A DNA stretch of 64,000 nt from Candidatus Bathyarchaeia archaeon (GTDB taxonomy: Archaea > Thermoproteota > Bathyarchaeia > 40CM-2-53-6): contig JBEKSC010000011.1 in the NCBI GenBank assembly GCA_049517415.1, forward strand, positions 2,781 to 66,780. The letters are read 5' to 3'. The notes under the pieces were generated by a model that saw nothing but the letters and a program-made list of their open reading frames with translations, did no database searches and had not been told where the DNA came from. The position numbers and the translations under genes were made by a program. Within the stretch, counting starts at the first letter, position 1. Each line of letters opens with the position of its first letter. This document shows positions 45,607-55,570 of this stretch, piece after piece.

Positions 45607-45959
45607 CAATGTCGTACTATCAGCCTCCTAAACAATACTACAACTATCAGCCGCCTACCCAGTATTATCAACCGCCTGCTCAGTACTATCAGCAGCCTAC
45701 TCAGTACTATCAGCCGCCTACCCAGTATTACCAGCCACCTGCTCAGTACTATCAACCGCCCACCCAATACTATCAGCCACCCACCGAGATGTACTCCTAT
45801 CAGCCGCCTACCCAGTCCTACTATCAGCCAGCTACCCAGTACTACAATTATCAGGCACCTACCCAATACTACAACTATCAGCCCCCGAGCGAGATGTACT
45901 CCTACCAGCCTGCTGCTCAGAAATACTCGTATCAACCACAAGCATACAGGGTCCAGTGA
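45603..45959 (+). CDS. Tyr/Gln/Pro-rich tandem-repeat protein (about 14 x YQPP[TA]QYY)
   Basis: 118 aa. A 21-nt periodic DNA repeat keeps one frame open. Translationally coupled to the upstream zinc-ribbon ORF. Confidence 0.55.
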   Translation: MTMSYYQPPKQYYNYQPPTQYYQPPAQYYQQPTQYYQPPTQYYQPPAQYYQPPTQYYQPPTEMYSYQPPTQSYYQPATQYYNYQAPTQYYNYQPPSEMYSYQPAAQKYSYQPQAYRVQ

Positions 45960-46194
45960 CAGCTCTCTAGGCGTACTTTCTCACGCCTTTCCAGATAGCC
46001 CGAACCTTCTTTTTTCCCAAACGAAGCGGCTACCATTGATTTGAACTCCCCGACAGCTTCGTGATAACTGATTGAATCAATTACCGTAGGTCTACGCACT
46101 CCCTTAACTCAGAATTGGGTTTAGAGAATTCATGAGAAGCGCAGTTCCAACGTACTTTACGATCCGGTGATCTGTTCGAGGCGAAAAGACGGTT

Positions 46195-46219
46195 TGGTGC
46201 GGAGAGTGGGACATTCGCC
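46195..46219 (-). other. tRNA 3'-end-like fragment related to 34975-35002
   Basis: The plus strand TGGTGCGGAGAGTGGGACATTCGCC compares with TGGTGCGGGGGGGGAGTGGGATTCGAAC. A CCGG-T7-GG-CCGG hairpin and a second T-arm-like GGGATTCGGACCC follow. Confidence 0.35.
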
Positions 46220-46318
46220 GGTTTTTTTGGCCGGGATTCGGACCCAGTGGGTTTTTCTAATTCGATTTGGAGCGAGCGTTTTCATATCGGGTCGATATCT
46301 CATTTATTCGTGAGACCC

Positions 46319-46594
46319 ATGCGCGAGAAAAACAGTTTTCGGAAGAGGACTCTACTGACGAAAATTGAAAACTTAATTGCCAAGAGGGAAGCGGAAAAAA
46401 ACAACCTGTCATATGAGGAATACAAATTAGACGCACAATACATTCAAGGCTACATTGCAGGCTTGGAGGAAGCGCGACGAATAATGAAAGGCCTTCCGTC
46501 GGGCGGTTGGCGTCCATCCGCGGTTCATCAACGGCTTGTCGAGAAGAAGGAGAAGAATCTCGGACTTCTTCCTAACCGCAACCGCCTTCAATGA
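46319..46594 (+). CDS. hypothetical protein
   Basis: The ATG at 46319 (MREKNSFRKRTLL...) is preferred over the tracked upstream GTG at 46247. No family recognised. Confidence 0.35.
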   Translation: MREKNSFRKRTLLTKIENLIAKREAEKNNLSYEEYKLDAQYIQGYIAGLEEARRIMKGLPSGGWRPSAVHQRLVEKKEKNLGLLPNRNRLQ

Positions 46595-46623
46595 TAATTC
46601 CTAACAAGAAGAACACTTTCTCA

Positions 46624-47046
46624 CTACTTCGCTTCCGTATGCTCTGACGAACCGCATCTAGGGCAGGTGAGCTTGGGTTTGCTTTGCTTGCTTTCTCCCC
46701 GCTTGACCCACTCGCTTTGAAGGCCCTCTAATCCGCAGTTTTGACATATGAGCAATATGGGGTGGGCCAGGTCGAGATGCGTCTCCATCTCTTTCTCATG
46801 TGCCAACACAGCTGTGCTGCCAAATTGCATCGTGATCTTCTTGGCTTCCTTGCCGCCAACTAGAACAGTGTCTGTTCTGTCTGTTACATGTGTTCGTATT
46901 GTTTTGTCTCCGCGCTTTTTCTTGGTCTTGCCCCTAGCGGGGGTTAGGCCAATGCTTCCCCTTTTCGCTTCGCCTTCAAGCAAGGTTAGGTCAAACTCAA
47001 CCTTCTTTCTTCTCTTGCGGCCTACCTTACTTTCCTTCCATCCCAA
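46624..47046 (-). CDS. hypothetical basic protein with C-terminal zinc ribbon
   Basis: 140 aa. CQNCG...CPRCG. Confidence 0.45.
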   Translation of the reverse strand: MGWKESKVGRKRRKKVEFDLTLLEGEAKRGSIGLTPARGKTKKKRGDKTIRTHVTDRTDTVLVGGKEAKKITMQFGSTAVLAHEKEMETHLDLAHPILLICQNCGLEGLQSEWVKRGESKQSKPKLTCPRCGSSEHTEAK

Positions 47047-47332
47047 GATTGTTCAACGACTATTACGCAAACAGAGTAAATTTAGATTCCGGCATAGGAT
47101 CCGACGCTCCAATGTAGATTTAGAGAAGTGAGACAGAAGTTAGTCTGCGAAGTCTCAGTGTAAGTTGTAAGGCATAGGTGGAGATCTGACATGCGTCTCT
47201 TTCTAAATGAAGATCGAATCTACCGAACCTCCAGGTGTGATCCTGCTTTCCCTGCAAACCTTCAGCAATTGTTACGTGAGTATTGATCATAGACAGAGAT
47301 AACGAGAAAAAAATAGAGAGGCGGCGAGGAAG

Positions 47333-47614
47333 TTACTTTACCGGTATCCTCTTGCCGCGGGGTTTTGTCTTGAAAGGTAGGTTAAGTGTTAGTAGGCCGC
47401 TAGCGAATCTTGCTTTAGCCTTTTTCGGGTCTACCTCATGCGCTAGGGTATAGCCGCTTGAGTATTCGAAGTCTTCTCTGGGAGCCTCAACGCAGAAATC
47501 ATCACTGCTCACATCGACGGCCACATTTTCTTTCTTCACACCTGGAAGTTCAACTTGGATCGTGAATTCTTTGTCATCGTGATATGCGGACCAGAAGTTT
47601 GGAACGACCTTCAC
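47333..47614 (-). CDS. small heat-shock protein (Hsp20/alpha-crystallin domain)
   Basis: 93 aa. EFTIQVELPGVKKENVAVDV...ASGLLTLNLPFK. Short; GTG start. Confidence 0.7.
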   Translation of the reverse strand: MKVVPNFWSAYHDDKEFTIQVELPGVKKENVAVDVSSDDFCVEAPREDFEYSSGYTLAHEVDPKKAKARFASGLLTLNLPFKTKPRGKRIPVK

Positions 47615-47794
47615 CTTTTCTTAGCCAAGCAACCACACCTCCTTTTCTCTATTCACTCCTAGTGTTCATGTTCGCCTTCAGACTCTAATGTTCAACTGAT
47701 ACTTATCGTGTTTTTTTTATCGGGCTGCTGTTCAACCATAGGAGTTTTCTATTGGGTCTGAATTATATGAGTCCCGCCTAGGAGGTAATCAGCG

Positions 47795-49051
47795 ATGTCT
47801 ATGAATTTTGGAAGAATTATGGGGATTCCGATCAGGATTCACTACACGCTGTGGTTCGTTTTCATTCTTATCGCCTGGTCGCTCGCGGTTGGATACATGC
47901 CTCATCAGTACCCAGGCCTCAGCACGGTGACTTACTGGGCCATTGGCATTGCGTCCGCAATAATTCTCTTCGTTTCCGTCCTTGTGCATGAGCTCTCTCA
48001 TTCTTACATAGCGAAGAAGAATGGGCTGCCAATTGCAAGGATTACGCTCTTCTTCTTCGGCGGTGTCTCTGAGATGACTGAAGAGCCTAAAGACCCAGGC
48101 TTAGAGGTTCGTATGGCTGTCGCGGGTCCCTTGATGAGTTTCCTAATCGCGGGCGTTTTGGGTGCACTTTGGTACCTGGGAGGATCCGCTCACGCACCGG
48201 TCGCGATAATTGCTGTACTCGGCTACGCGGCGCTAATCAACGGTGCTCTCGGCGTTTTCAATTTACTTCCAGCATTCCCGTTGGATGGTGGTAGAGTATT
48301 CCGTGGAAGCATCTGGAAGCGTTCGAACAATTTTGTCGGAGCCACTAGGACCGCTATAAGAGTTAGTGAGGGCATTTCGTTGCTAATGATGTTTGGAGGG
48401 TTCGTATTCATAATACTCGGAGACTTCGTTGATGGGCTATGGGTAATAGTGCTAGGTTGGTTCATCAGATCCGGGGCGCAAACCAGTCTCAAGCAAACGC
48501 TTGTTGGCGAAGCTCTTTTGGGGGTCTCGGTTGGCGACATCATGACTAGAGAGGTGTTGACTGTCCCGCCAGAGGTCACTGTTCAGCAGCTCGTCTCAAA
48601 TTATCTCCTTGTGCACCGCCATGGAGGCTACCCTGTTGTGAAGAACGGTGAGGTTCTGGGCGTAGTCACATTGCAGTCTGTGCGGGCTGTTCCTAAGGAA
48701 AAGAGGGATTTTGTGACTGTTCGGGAAGCGATGGTTCCATTTGAACGCACGGTAATGGTGGAGGCTTCAGTCACCGCCTTGGATGCAATGCAGAAGATGG
48801 CTCGGAACAAAGTCGGGCGTGTCTTAGTGATCGACGGGGGTCGACTGGTCGGCATAGCAACTCGTGAGGACGTTGTCAGCACGATCCAGACGCGGCAAGA
48901 GCTCGAGCTGGGCCCTGGTCTCGGTCCCTCGGGTTTGCCCTCTTCCCAGTATCCTCGCATTCAAGCCGGGCATTGCGTCCAATGCGGTGCCCTTTTGCCC
49001 GCCGACGTCAAATTCTGTCCCCAATGCGGCGCTAAACAAAACATATCATAA
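47795..49051 (+). CDS. site-2 protease family (M50) metalloprotease with CBS pair and C-terminal zinc ribbon
   Basis: HELSH, NLLPAFPLDGGR, two CBS-like repeats, and a terminal CVQCG...CPQCG. Confidence 0.85.
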   Translation: MSMNFGRIMGIPIRIHYTLWFVFILIAWSLAVGYMPHQYPGLSTVTYWAIGIASAIILFVSVLVHELSHSYIAKKNGLPIARITLFFFGGVSEMTEEPKDPGLEVRMAVAGPLMSFLIAGVLGALWYLGGSAHAPVAIIAVLGYAALINGALGVFNLLPAFPLDGGRVFRGSIWKRSNNFVGATRTAIRVSEGISLLMMFGGFVFIILGDFVDGLWVIVLGWFIRSGAQTSLKQTLVGEALLGVSVGDIMTREVLTVPPEVTVQQLVSNYLLVHRHGGYPVVKNGEVLGVVTLQSVRAVPKEKRDFVTVREAMVPFERTVMVEASVTALDAMQKMARNKVGRVLVIDGGRLVGIATREDVVSTIQTRQELELGPGLGPSGLPSSQYPRIQAGHCVQCGALLPADVKFCPQCGAKQNIS

Positions 49052-49582
49052 TTGGAACCTCCGGTCGAAATTGATACTTCTCGATTCAGCCGCTAAGGCA
49101 CTACGGTCTCTGCTGTTGAATTCGCTCAAAATCGGTTGGTAGATTGCGATCTAACCTGTCTTCCAAGCCCTTCCCGGCTTACGTTAAAGTCTACCGCGTC
49201 CTGCCGCTAGCTTGACCCGCTCTACTGGCCATTTTCTTTCGTTTCTTCTGCCATTCAGGTTTCGTCAAATCAAGACCCTTCCATCAGGTTCAGTAACACG
49301 CCGCGAACTGAAGAGTCTTTCCTGTTATCCTTTGCCTCGGAGTGCGAAGCACAGGATTTTGCTTCCGTTATGCCATCAGGGGTAGTTCTCGCTATTCGGT
49401 GGTAAGATTTAGTTCCCTGTAATCTCAAAGATCAGCCTCAAGGCGTTATCGAGTCAAAGGCGGGAGCAACGGTCGCCCTAATCCCAAACGTTTGTAGAAG
49501 AGTCCTGACGTAGAGGTAATGGAATCAGAAATCGCAAACGGTGTAGAGAGAGTTGACTACAGAGGGGAACGAGACTCACACG

Positions 49583-49702
49583 ATGTATTGTTCAAATTGC
49601 GGTAAGAAGATCGAAAAACCCGTTTTACACGAGGGGTACGCGTTCTGCTCAGATCAATGCCATCAATCTTTCATACAACCGCGACGTGGCCCGAACCCCT
49701 GA
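49583..49702 (+). CDS. TRASH/MYM-like Cys-rich mini-protein (hypothetical)
   Basis: My own translation gives MYCSNCGKKIEKPVLHEGYAFCSDQCHQSFIQPRRGPNP (39 aa). No clear RBS. Confidence 0.3.
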   Translation: MYCSNCGKKIEKPVLHEGYAFCSDQCHQSFIQPRRGPNP

Positions 49703-50132
49703 CCGCATTTGGATCGAAATGGGAAAGGTTCTTTTCGCGCGCCTGCTTCAAATCTGTGAGATCTCGATTTGACGAAAGGAGTCTCTCAGCAGTAGCTAGT
49801 GTAGGGATGGGCTTTGAAAGGAAAAGAGAGACGTAGAGTCAGAAAAATGAGAAGGACCAGTCGCAGAAAGGAAGAGAGGAGAGAAAACAAGAAAAGAACA
49901 GAACGCGGGCTACCCAATCCTATGACAAAAAGGAATTACGAAGAAGAATCGCAAATTCCTAGCTGCGTGATATAATTGCCTCAAACTCAAGAGAATAAGA
50001 CGAGAAGAAGAAAGCGATTGAAAACGAAGAGGGCTCACTACTAAAACGAAGGGTTGCTTCGAGCGCGACACGAGAAAAGCTGCATTATTCGGTCATCCTA
50101 CGGGAAACGTTCGGATATTCTGAGTGGAGCAT

Positions 50133-50525
50133 TTAGCGCCTACTGGATAGGGTTTTTGTCATTCGTCCGTAGTCGTCCTCGTATCTCTGGATGTCGTTTT
50201 CAGAGAAATCTCCAAATGAGATTTCCAGCAGTCGAACTTTCGATCTTCCCTCACAAAGCAGTCGATGTTTTGCTCCTTTTCTTACAACGATGCTCGATCC
50301 TTTCCGCAAAGAAATCCTCCTCTTTCCGATCTGGACATGTAGCCCCTCGTCGAGAGCTACCCAGAATTCTTTCCTGTGCGCGTGTGACTGTAGGCTTGTG
50401 CGCGCGCCAGGGTTAATGGTGAGCATCTTCACGGTCGAGCGTTCGTTCAAAGTGTATTGGTCGAACGATCCCCAGGGTTTGTTGACATGCCTCAACTTAT
50501 TCAGCCGCGAAACAATCTGCTTCAA
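50133..50525 (-). CDS. cupin, type II phosphomannose isomerase C-terminal-like
   Basis: 130 aa. KPWGSFDQYTLNERSTVKMLTINPGARTSLQSHAHRKEFW. Confidence 0.7.
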   Translation of the reverse strand: MKQIVSRLNKLRHVNKPWGSFDQYTLNERSTVKMLTINPGARTSLQSHAHRKEFWVALDEGLHVQIGKRRISLRKGSSIVVRKGAKHRLLCEGRSKVRLLEISFGDFSENDIQRYEDDYGRMTKTLSSRR

Positions 50526-50579
50526 GGGATACTTATGGATAATGTGCTTGAGATGGTTTGGAAGTGGCCTCGATAATTG

Positions 50580-52319
50580 TTACGTCATTGCCTCGTTCAG
50601 TTTGTTTAGTCCGTTGGGAACATTGACTAGATGGAATCGGATAATTCGCCTGCCTGCTTCTACAAGAGCTTGGTTGTCTCCAATCGCCTCGGCTTGTTTC
50701 AGAAGTGAGAAAGTTATGGATGAGGCTGAGGACCCTAAGTCGTCTGGTATTCCTATATCTTCCGAGTCTCCGGCGGCTATCTGAATAAAAAGTCCGTGCC
50801 CGGCGTCGCCCTTGTGGAGTTGACCAGTTGAATGCAGGTAGCGAGGACCGTGGCCAAGAGTCGTAGCTAGCTTGTATCGGTCACGTATTTTCCTCCGTAT
50901 TTCTAACAAGACCTTTTCCGTCTCGGAACTTGGTTCTAAATATGCTTGGATTGCGACATAAGCCCCTGAGGTGGCCTGGGTTAAGAACCCACGCAGGATT
51001 TCGCTTAGGAGCTTTCCGTGTATGTTACCGTAAACTAGGACGTCCCCTGAGAATAGATCTGGTTCCGTTACGGGTAAAGATCCGCTTGAAGCGAAGTCTG
51101 AAACCAGTTTTCTCGCCAATGCTTTAGCGTATTCCACGTTCGGTTGATCGAAGGGATTTATTCCGATTATGTAACCAGTAATCGCCACCGCCACTTCCCA
51201 AATGAAAAACTGGCTGCCCAGCTCGTAAATATCTTGCAACTGCAGGCGGACGACAGGTTGGTCTGCTTCCTCAAGCCTAGTGACCGCATTATCGTACTCC
51301 AAGTCGCCTTCTAGACGCATATACACGAAGAGCCTATCGTTACCGTAAACCTCAGGGGGACCGACGGGCTCTCCAATAACTGGGACTAAGCCTTTCCCTT
51401 CTTTGCCGGTGCTTTCAGCAATTAGTTGTTCTACCCACTCGCCGAAACTGGAAATTCTGGGAGAGGTGATCAGCGTAACCTTGTTTCTTCCAACCTTTGC
51501 CAGTTCGCCGAGAATTGCTCCAAGCAAAGCGCCCGGATTTTCCTTTATGTTTACGGATGTTTCACAAGCGTGCATTGCGGTGATAGCCTGGTCCAGGAGT
51601 CTAACGAGGTCTATTCCCAGTAGTGCGGCTGGGACAAGTCCGAAGTATGATAGTGCCGAATAACGGCCTCCAATGTTAGGATCGTTCAGGAACTTCGTTC
51701 GGAAATGATTGTAGTCAGCTATCTGTTCGAGTGGGCTTTTGGGATCTGTTATGGCTACGAAATGATTGCCTGCGTCTTCCTTTCCTGCAAAGAGGACTTC
51801 ATTGCAATAGAAGTACCTCATTAGAGAAAGCGTTTCAACTGTGCCGCCGGACTTACTTGAGACGATGTAGAGCGTTTCAGCAGGATCCAGGAGCTTTGAT
51901 TGGGCTGCTATGGCGTCGGAATCGACAGTGTCGAGAACACTAAGCCTTGGGTAATCCTCTTTACAGTCAAAGGTTTTCAAGAATACTCGTGGAGCTAGGC
52001 TCGAACCTCCCATACCTAGGAGCAACGCATCTTTGTACCCAGCCTTTCTTATCTCCTCCACGAATTCGTTTAAGCGAGGGGCAAGTTCCTTCATTATTTC
52101 GGCGGTGTGTAGCCATCCTAGCCGATTACTGATCTCGGTTGGTACGGTTTTCCAGACTGTGAAATCATGAGCCCAAATGCGTTGGAGAATCTTCTTCTCA
52201 GCCATTGCAGTTAGCGAAGCGTTCACAGTGCTCTCGTACGGTCCAAGTCTTGCCGAGATCCGGCTCCATTGTCGCTTGGTAATTCGTTCACTCATTCGTC
52301 CAGAATCACCAATCAACAC
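50580..52319 (-). CDS. pgi: glucose-6-phosphate isomerase (PGI/SIS family)
   Basis: 579 aa. LGMGGSSLAP, SKSGGTVET, and an N-terminal RIWAHDFTVWK...NRLGWL. Confidence 0.8.
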   Translation of the reverse strand: MLIGDSGRMSERITKRQWSRISARLGPYESTVNASLTAMAEKKILQRIWAHDFTVWKTVPTEISNRLGWLHTAEIMKELAPRLNEFVEEIRKAGYKDALLLGMGGSSLAPRVFLKTFDCKEDYPRLSVLDTVDSDAIAAQSKLLDPAETLYIVSSKSGGTVETLSLMRYFYCNEVLFAGKEDAGNHFVAITDPKSPLEQIADYNHFRTKFLNDPNIGGRYSALSYFGLVPAALLGIDLVRLLDQAITAMHACETSVNIKENPGALLGAILGELAKVGRNKVTLITSPRISSFGEWVEQLIAESTGKEGKGLVPVIGEPVGPPEVYGNDRLFVYMRLEGDLEYDNAVTRLEEADQPVVRLQLQDIYELGSQFFIWEVAVAITGYIIGINPFDQPNVEYAKALARKLVSDFASSGSLPVTEPDLFSGDVLVYGNIHGKLLSEILRGFLTQATSGAYVAIQAYLEPSSETEKVLLEIRRKIRDRYKLATTLGHGPRYLHSTGQLHKGDAGHGLFIQIAAGDSEDIGIPDDLGSSASSITFSLLKQAEAIGDNQALVEAGRRIIRFHLVNVPNGLNKLNEAMT

Positions 52320-52547
52320 AGCTTTTCAACGGTATGAATCCTTAAGAGAATACTATCAATAAAAAGAGGACGCAGACCACTGAACAAAAGAACCCATTTC
52401 TACCGGAAAACATTCGAGAAATTAGCGATCGGACTACCCCTCTGAGTCCCGACGGTTGGCAGTCAAGCGAAAAACCCGCAGACGTAGGAGGTGGAAGAGG
52501 ATTTATGTAAGAGGCCTTACCTTGGGTAACAAGTCTGATGATCTGAT

Positions 52548-54206
52548 ATGTCCACACAAGGTATACCGGTTATGATTCTGAGAGAAGGTTCTCAACGTAC
52601 AACTGGAAAGGATGCGCAGCGAAACAACATACTCGCCGCTAAAGTGATCACTGAAACCATCAAGACCACGCTTGGCCCCCAAGGGATGGACAAGATGTTG
52701 GTATCTGGAATGGGTGATGTAGTCATAACAAACGACGGAGCCACCATAATGAAGGAACTGGATGTTCAACATCCTGCCGCCAAGATGCTTGTTGAGGTAG
52801 CGAAGAGCCAGGACAGCGAGGTTGGGGATGGTACGACAACCGTCGTCGTTCTCGCTGGCGAACTCTTGACGAAGGCGGAGAAGCTTCTAGACCAGGAAGT
52901 CCACCCAACCGTCATCGTTGAAGGTTACAAGAAGGCTTCAGAGAAAGCTTTGGAGATCCTCCAAGGCCTTGCAATTGACATACAACCTGACGACGAAAAG
53001 ATGCTCAACCTCATTGCAATGACCTCGATGGGCACAAAGGCAACTGTAGGAACGAGTGAGTACCTCGGAACACTGGCCACGAAAGCCATCCGTCAGGTCA
53101 TGGAAGAGAGAGAGGGCAAGATTACCGCTGACATAGACCGAATCAAAGTCTTGAAGAAAAAGGGCGAGAGCATGGAGCAAAGCGAACTCGTCAAAGGCAT
53201 CGTCGTCGACAAAGAGGTCGCACACCCTCAAATGCCAAAACAAGTGACAAACGCTAAAATCGCCTTGCTCAACGCGAAACTCGAGATTGAAAAGACCGAG
53301 TTCGATGCTAAGATTAACATCAATTCTCCAGACCAGATGAAAGGCTTCCTCGACGAAGAAGAATCAATGCTCCGCGAAATGACGGAAAAGGTAGCGAAGA
53401 GCGGTGCCAACGTGATCTTCTGTGAGAAGGGCATTGACGACATGGCACTACACTTCCTCGCCAAGAAGAACATAATGGCGGTTAAGAACCTCAGCAGCGG
53501 CGACATGGAGAAACTCGCCAAAGCCACCGGCGGAACCATACAAGCCAGCACAAAAGACATACCCTCCGAAGGGCTCGGTGAAGCAAAACTCGTCGAAGAG
53601 CTGAAGATTGGAGACGACAAACTCATCTACGTTCGCGACTGCAAAGACCCCCACTCGGTCACCGTGATGATCAGGGGCGGTTCCGACCATGTCGTAGACG
53701 AAGCCGAACGCTCCTTCCACGACGCCCTCTGCGTAGTCAGAAACGCCGTCGAAGACGGCAAGATTGTTGCCGGCGGAGGGGCCCCCGAAGCTGAAACGGC
53801 CAAGCAACTTCGCGACTACGCTCTAAAAGTGGGAGGCCGCGAACAACTCGCCATCGAAGCCTACGCCGAAGCACTGGAAGCCATCCCCCTCACGATAGCT
53901 GAAAACAGCGGACTTGACCCAATCGACATAATGGTCGAACTTAGATCGAAACACGCGAATCCAGAAAACAAATGGTTTGGCGTCCAAGTCAAGACCGGCA
54001 AGATCGCTGATATGCTCGCGGATAAGATTGTCGAACCACTCAGGGTAAAGCAGCAAGCCGTTAAATCCGCCACAGAAGCCGCCTGCATGCTCTTGCGAAT
54101 AGATGACATTCTCTCATCAAAAGGCGCGAAGGAAGGCGGTCCACCAGGAGGCCCCGGCGGAATGCCGGGAGGCATGCCAGGCGGAATGCCCCCAGGCATG
54201 ATGTAA
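52548..54206 (+). CDS. ths: thermosome subunit (group II chaperonin), second paralogue
   Basis: 552 aa. [27 protein letters not shown], and a [16 protein letters not shown] tail. Confidence 0.95.
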   Translation: MSTQGIPVMILREGSQRTTGKDAQRNNILAAKVITETIKTTLGPQGMDKMLVSGMGDVVITNDGATIMKELDVQHPAAKMLVEVAKSQDSEVGDGTTTVVVLAGELLTKAEKLLDQEVHPTVIVEGYKKASEKALEILQGLAIDIQPDDEKMLNLIAMTSMGTKATVGTSEYLGTLATKAIRQVMEEREGKITADIDRIKVLKKKGESMEQSELVKGIVVDKEVAHPQMPKQVTNAKIALLNAKLEIEKTEFDAKININSPDQMKGFLDEEESMLREMTEKVAKSGANVIFCEKGIDDMALHFLAKKNIMAVKNLSSGDMEKLAKATGGTIQASTKDIPSEGLGEAKLVEELKIGDDKLIYVRDCKDPHSVTVMIRGGSDHVVDEAERSFHDALCVVRNAVEDGKIVAGGGAPEAETAKQLRDYALKVGGREQLAIEAYAEALEAIPLTIAENSGLDPIDIMVELRSKHANPENKWFGVQVKTGKIADMLADKIVEPLRVKQQAVKSATEAACMLLRIDDILSSKGAKEGGPPGGPGGMPGGMPGGMPPGMM

Positions 54207-54389
54207 CCACCTTATCCTGATAGGCCGAAGACCGCGAAAACGCAACCGATACCCGATGGCATCGCCAGAACGGCCTCTCTCTTTCTGTAGAGAGGTCATT
54301 CTCAGTATTGTGAGTTTACGTTCTCGTAAGGAGACTCTTTGTGTGTCCGCACTGCAGCGGCATTCGGTTATGGGGTGGGCTAAATCTTG

Positions 54390-54788
54390 CTACTCTGTGG
54401 TTCGCCCGTCGAAGTGCTCTTCACCCGCCATTGCTTCGGCTTTCGTATGGCGGACCACACCATCCTTGTGTTCAGGTGGGGAGTAAATCGTGTAGAGTCT
54501 AAGCGTCGCTCGCTTAGAGGTGTTGATTACATTATGCCTAGCGCCAGCGGGGACGATGATTCCATCCCCGTCCTTAACACGGTGTTCTACGCCGTCAATG
54601 ACTACTTTTCCTTCTCCGCGTTCAAATCGAAAGAATTGATCTCTATCCTCGTGTGTTTCTGCACCAATCTCTTCTAATGGTTTAAGGCTCATGAGTACGA
54701 GTTGACTGTGCTTCCCAGTATACAACACACGCCGAAAATCCGCATTCTTCCTTGTCTCTTTCTCAATTTGGATGACGTATCCTTTCAT
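54390..54788 (-). CDS. cupin-domain protein
   Basis: 132 aa. Two-motif cupin pattern (GAETHEDRDQFF...GDGIIVPAGARHNVIN). Confidence 0.7.
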   Translation of the reverse strand: MKGYVIQIEKETRKNADFRRVLYTGKHSQLVLMSLKPLEEIGAETHEDRDQFFRFERGEGKVVIDGVEHRVKDGDGIIVPAGARHNVINTSKRATLRLYTIYSPPEHKDGVVRHTKAEAMAGEEHFDGRTTE

Positions 54789-54869
54789 TTTCCCTCACAC
54801 TAATTCACCAACACTTCGTCTTCAATTTATCGTATGCGATGCATTCTTGGAAGAATCTAGAACTATGTC

Positions 54870-54972
54870 AAGAAACCCAAAAGAAAGTCTCCATGAAACC
54901 AGGATGATTCAGCCGCAGATGGGGCAGATGTTGGTCGTAACAGAGGGTAATAAGGTAACGTCAAGTCGGTAA
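54870..54972 (+). repeat. dispersed element, copy D, mini-ORF MIQPQMGQMLVVTEGNKVTSSR (54904-54972)
   Basis: Alignment to copies A-C. It lies about 15 kb outside the accessory stretch, upstream (antisense) of the cupin gene. Confidence 0.65.
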
Positions 54973-55570
54973 TGTAACATTGACGGTTGGTAGTTTCTCC
55001 TGTAACAAACTAGTTGGTGGCTAGGTACCGTTACCACAGGAAAGAAATAGTAGAGCGGGCGACGCGCCCTTTCGTTACGAGTCACCTACTCAACTTAGGC
55101 TAGAAAGCTAAGTTAGGTAGAATCTGCCGCAGCATGAAGGGGTAGCTGGGATACCCAATCCATCCGGCACCAGCATGGAGTAGGAAAACGAATTCCACTA
55201 GATTTATCGTTGTTATTTTCACCTCACTTGTCGCTGTATCGCGGAAAATTCAGTTAAGCCTTAGTCTCATGCTTTCCGTAGGATATTGTGACTCGCGGTG
55301 CCGAATTGTCTTACGAGCGAGTCGCATGTCATCATGCGGATACTTGTGCATGCTTTTATCTAATGGACGACTTGGCGTTCTCAATCGCCCAGATTAGCCC
55401 CCGAAATCAACCGATTTTATCCATCACCTTTTTTCCGTGCACTAACGGTTGCACACCATGCAGCTTAGGTGACGGTTTTATCGAACCTATAGAAACTATG
55501 GTAGGTGACGAAGAGGTAACGTTATCGTCAAGTCCTCGGTTGAAAAGCATATTTCGAGCCGGCGAATCCA

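Noticed and set aside
45620-45900. Regular 21-nt tandem repeats that could be mistaken for a repeat array.
   Set aside because: There are no unique spacers and the periodicity is 7 codons. The repeats keep a single frame open and encode the YQPPxQYY protein, so this is not a CRISPR array.
49410-49475. SRP (7S) RNA-like motifs: CCTGTAATC and GGGAGCAACGG.
   Set aside because: The two motifs are only about 45 nt apart, whereas a real SRP RNA separates the Alu-domain and helix 8 motifs by well over 100 nt. No GNAR tetraloop with a closing CCC/GGG stem precedes the AGCAAC motif. I judged this a chance resemblance.
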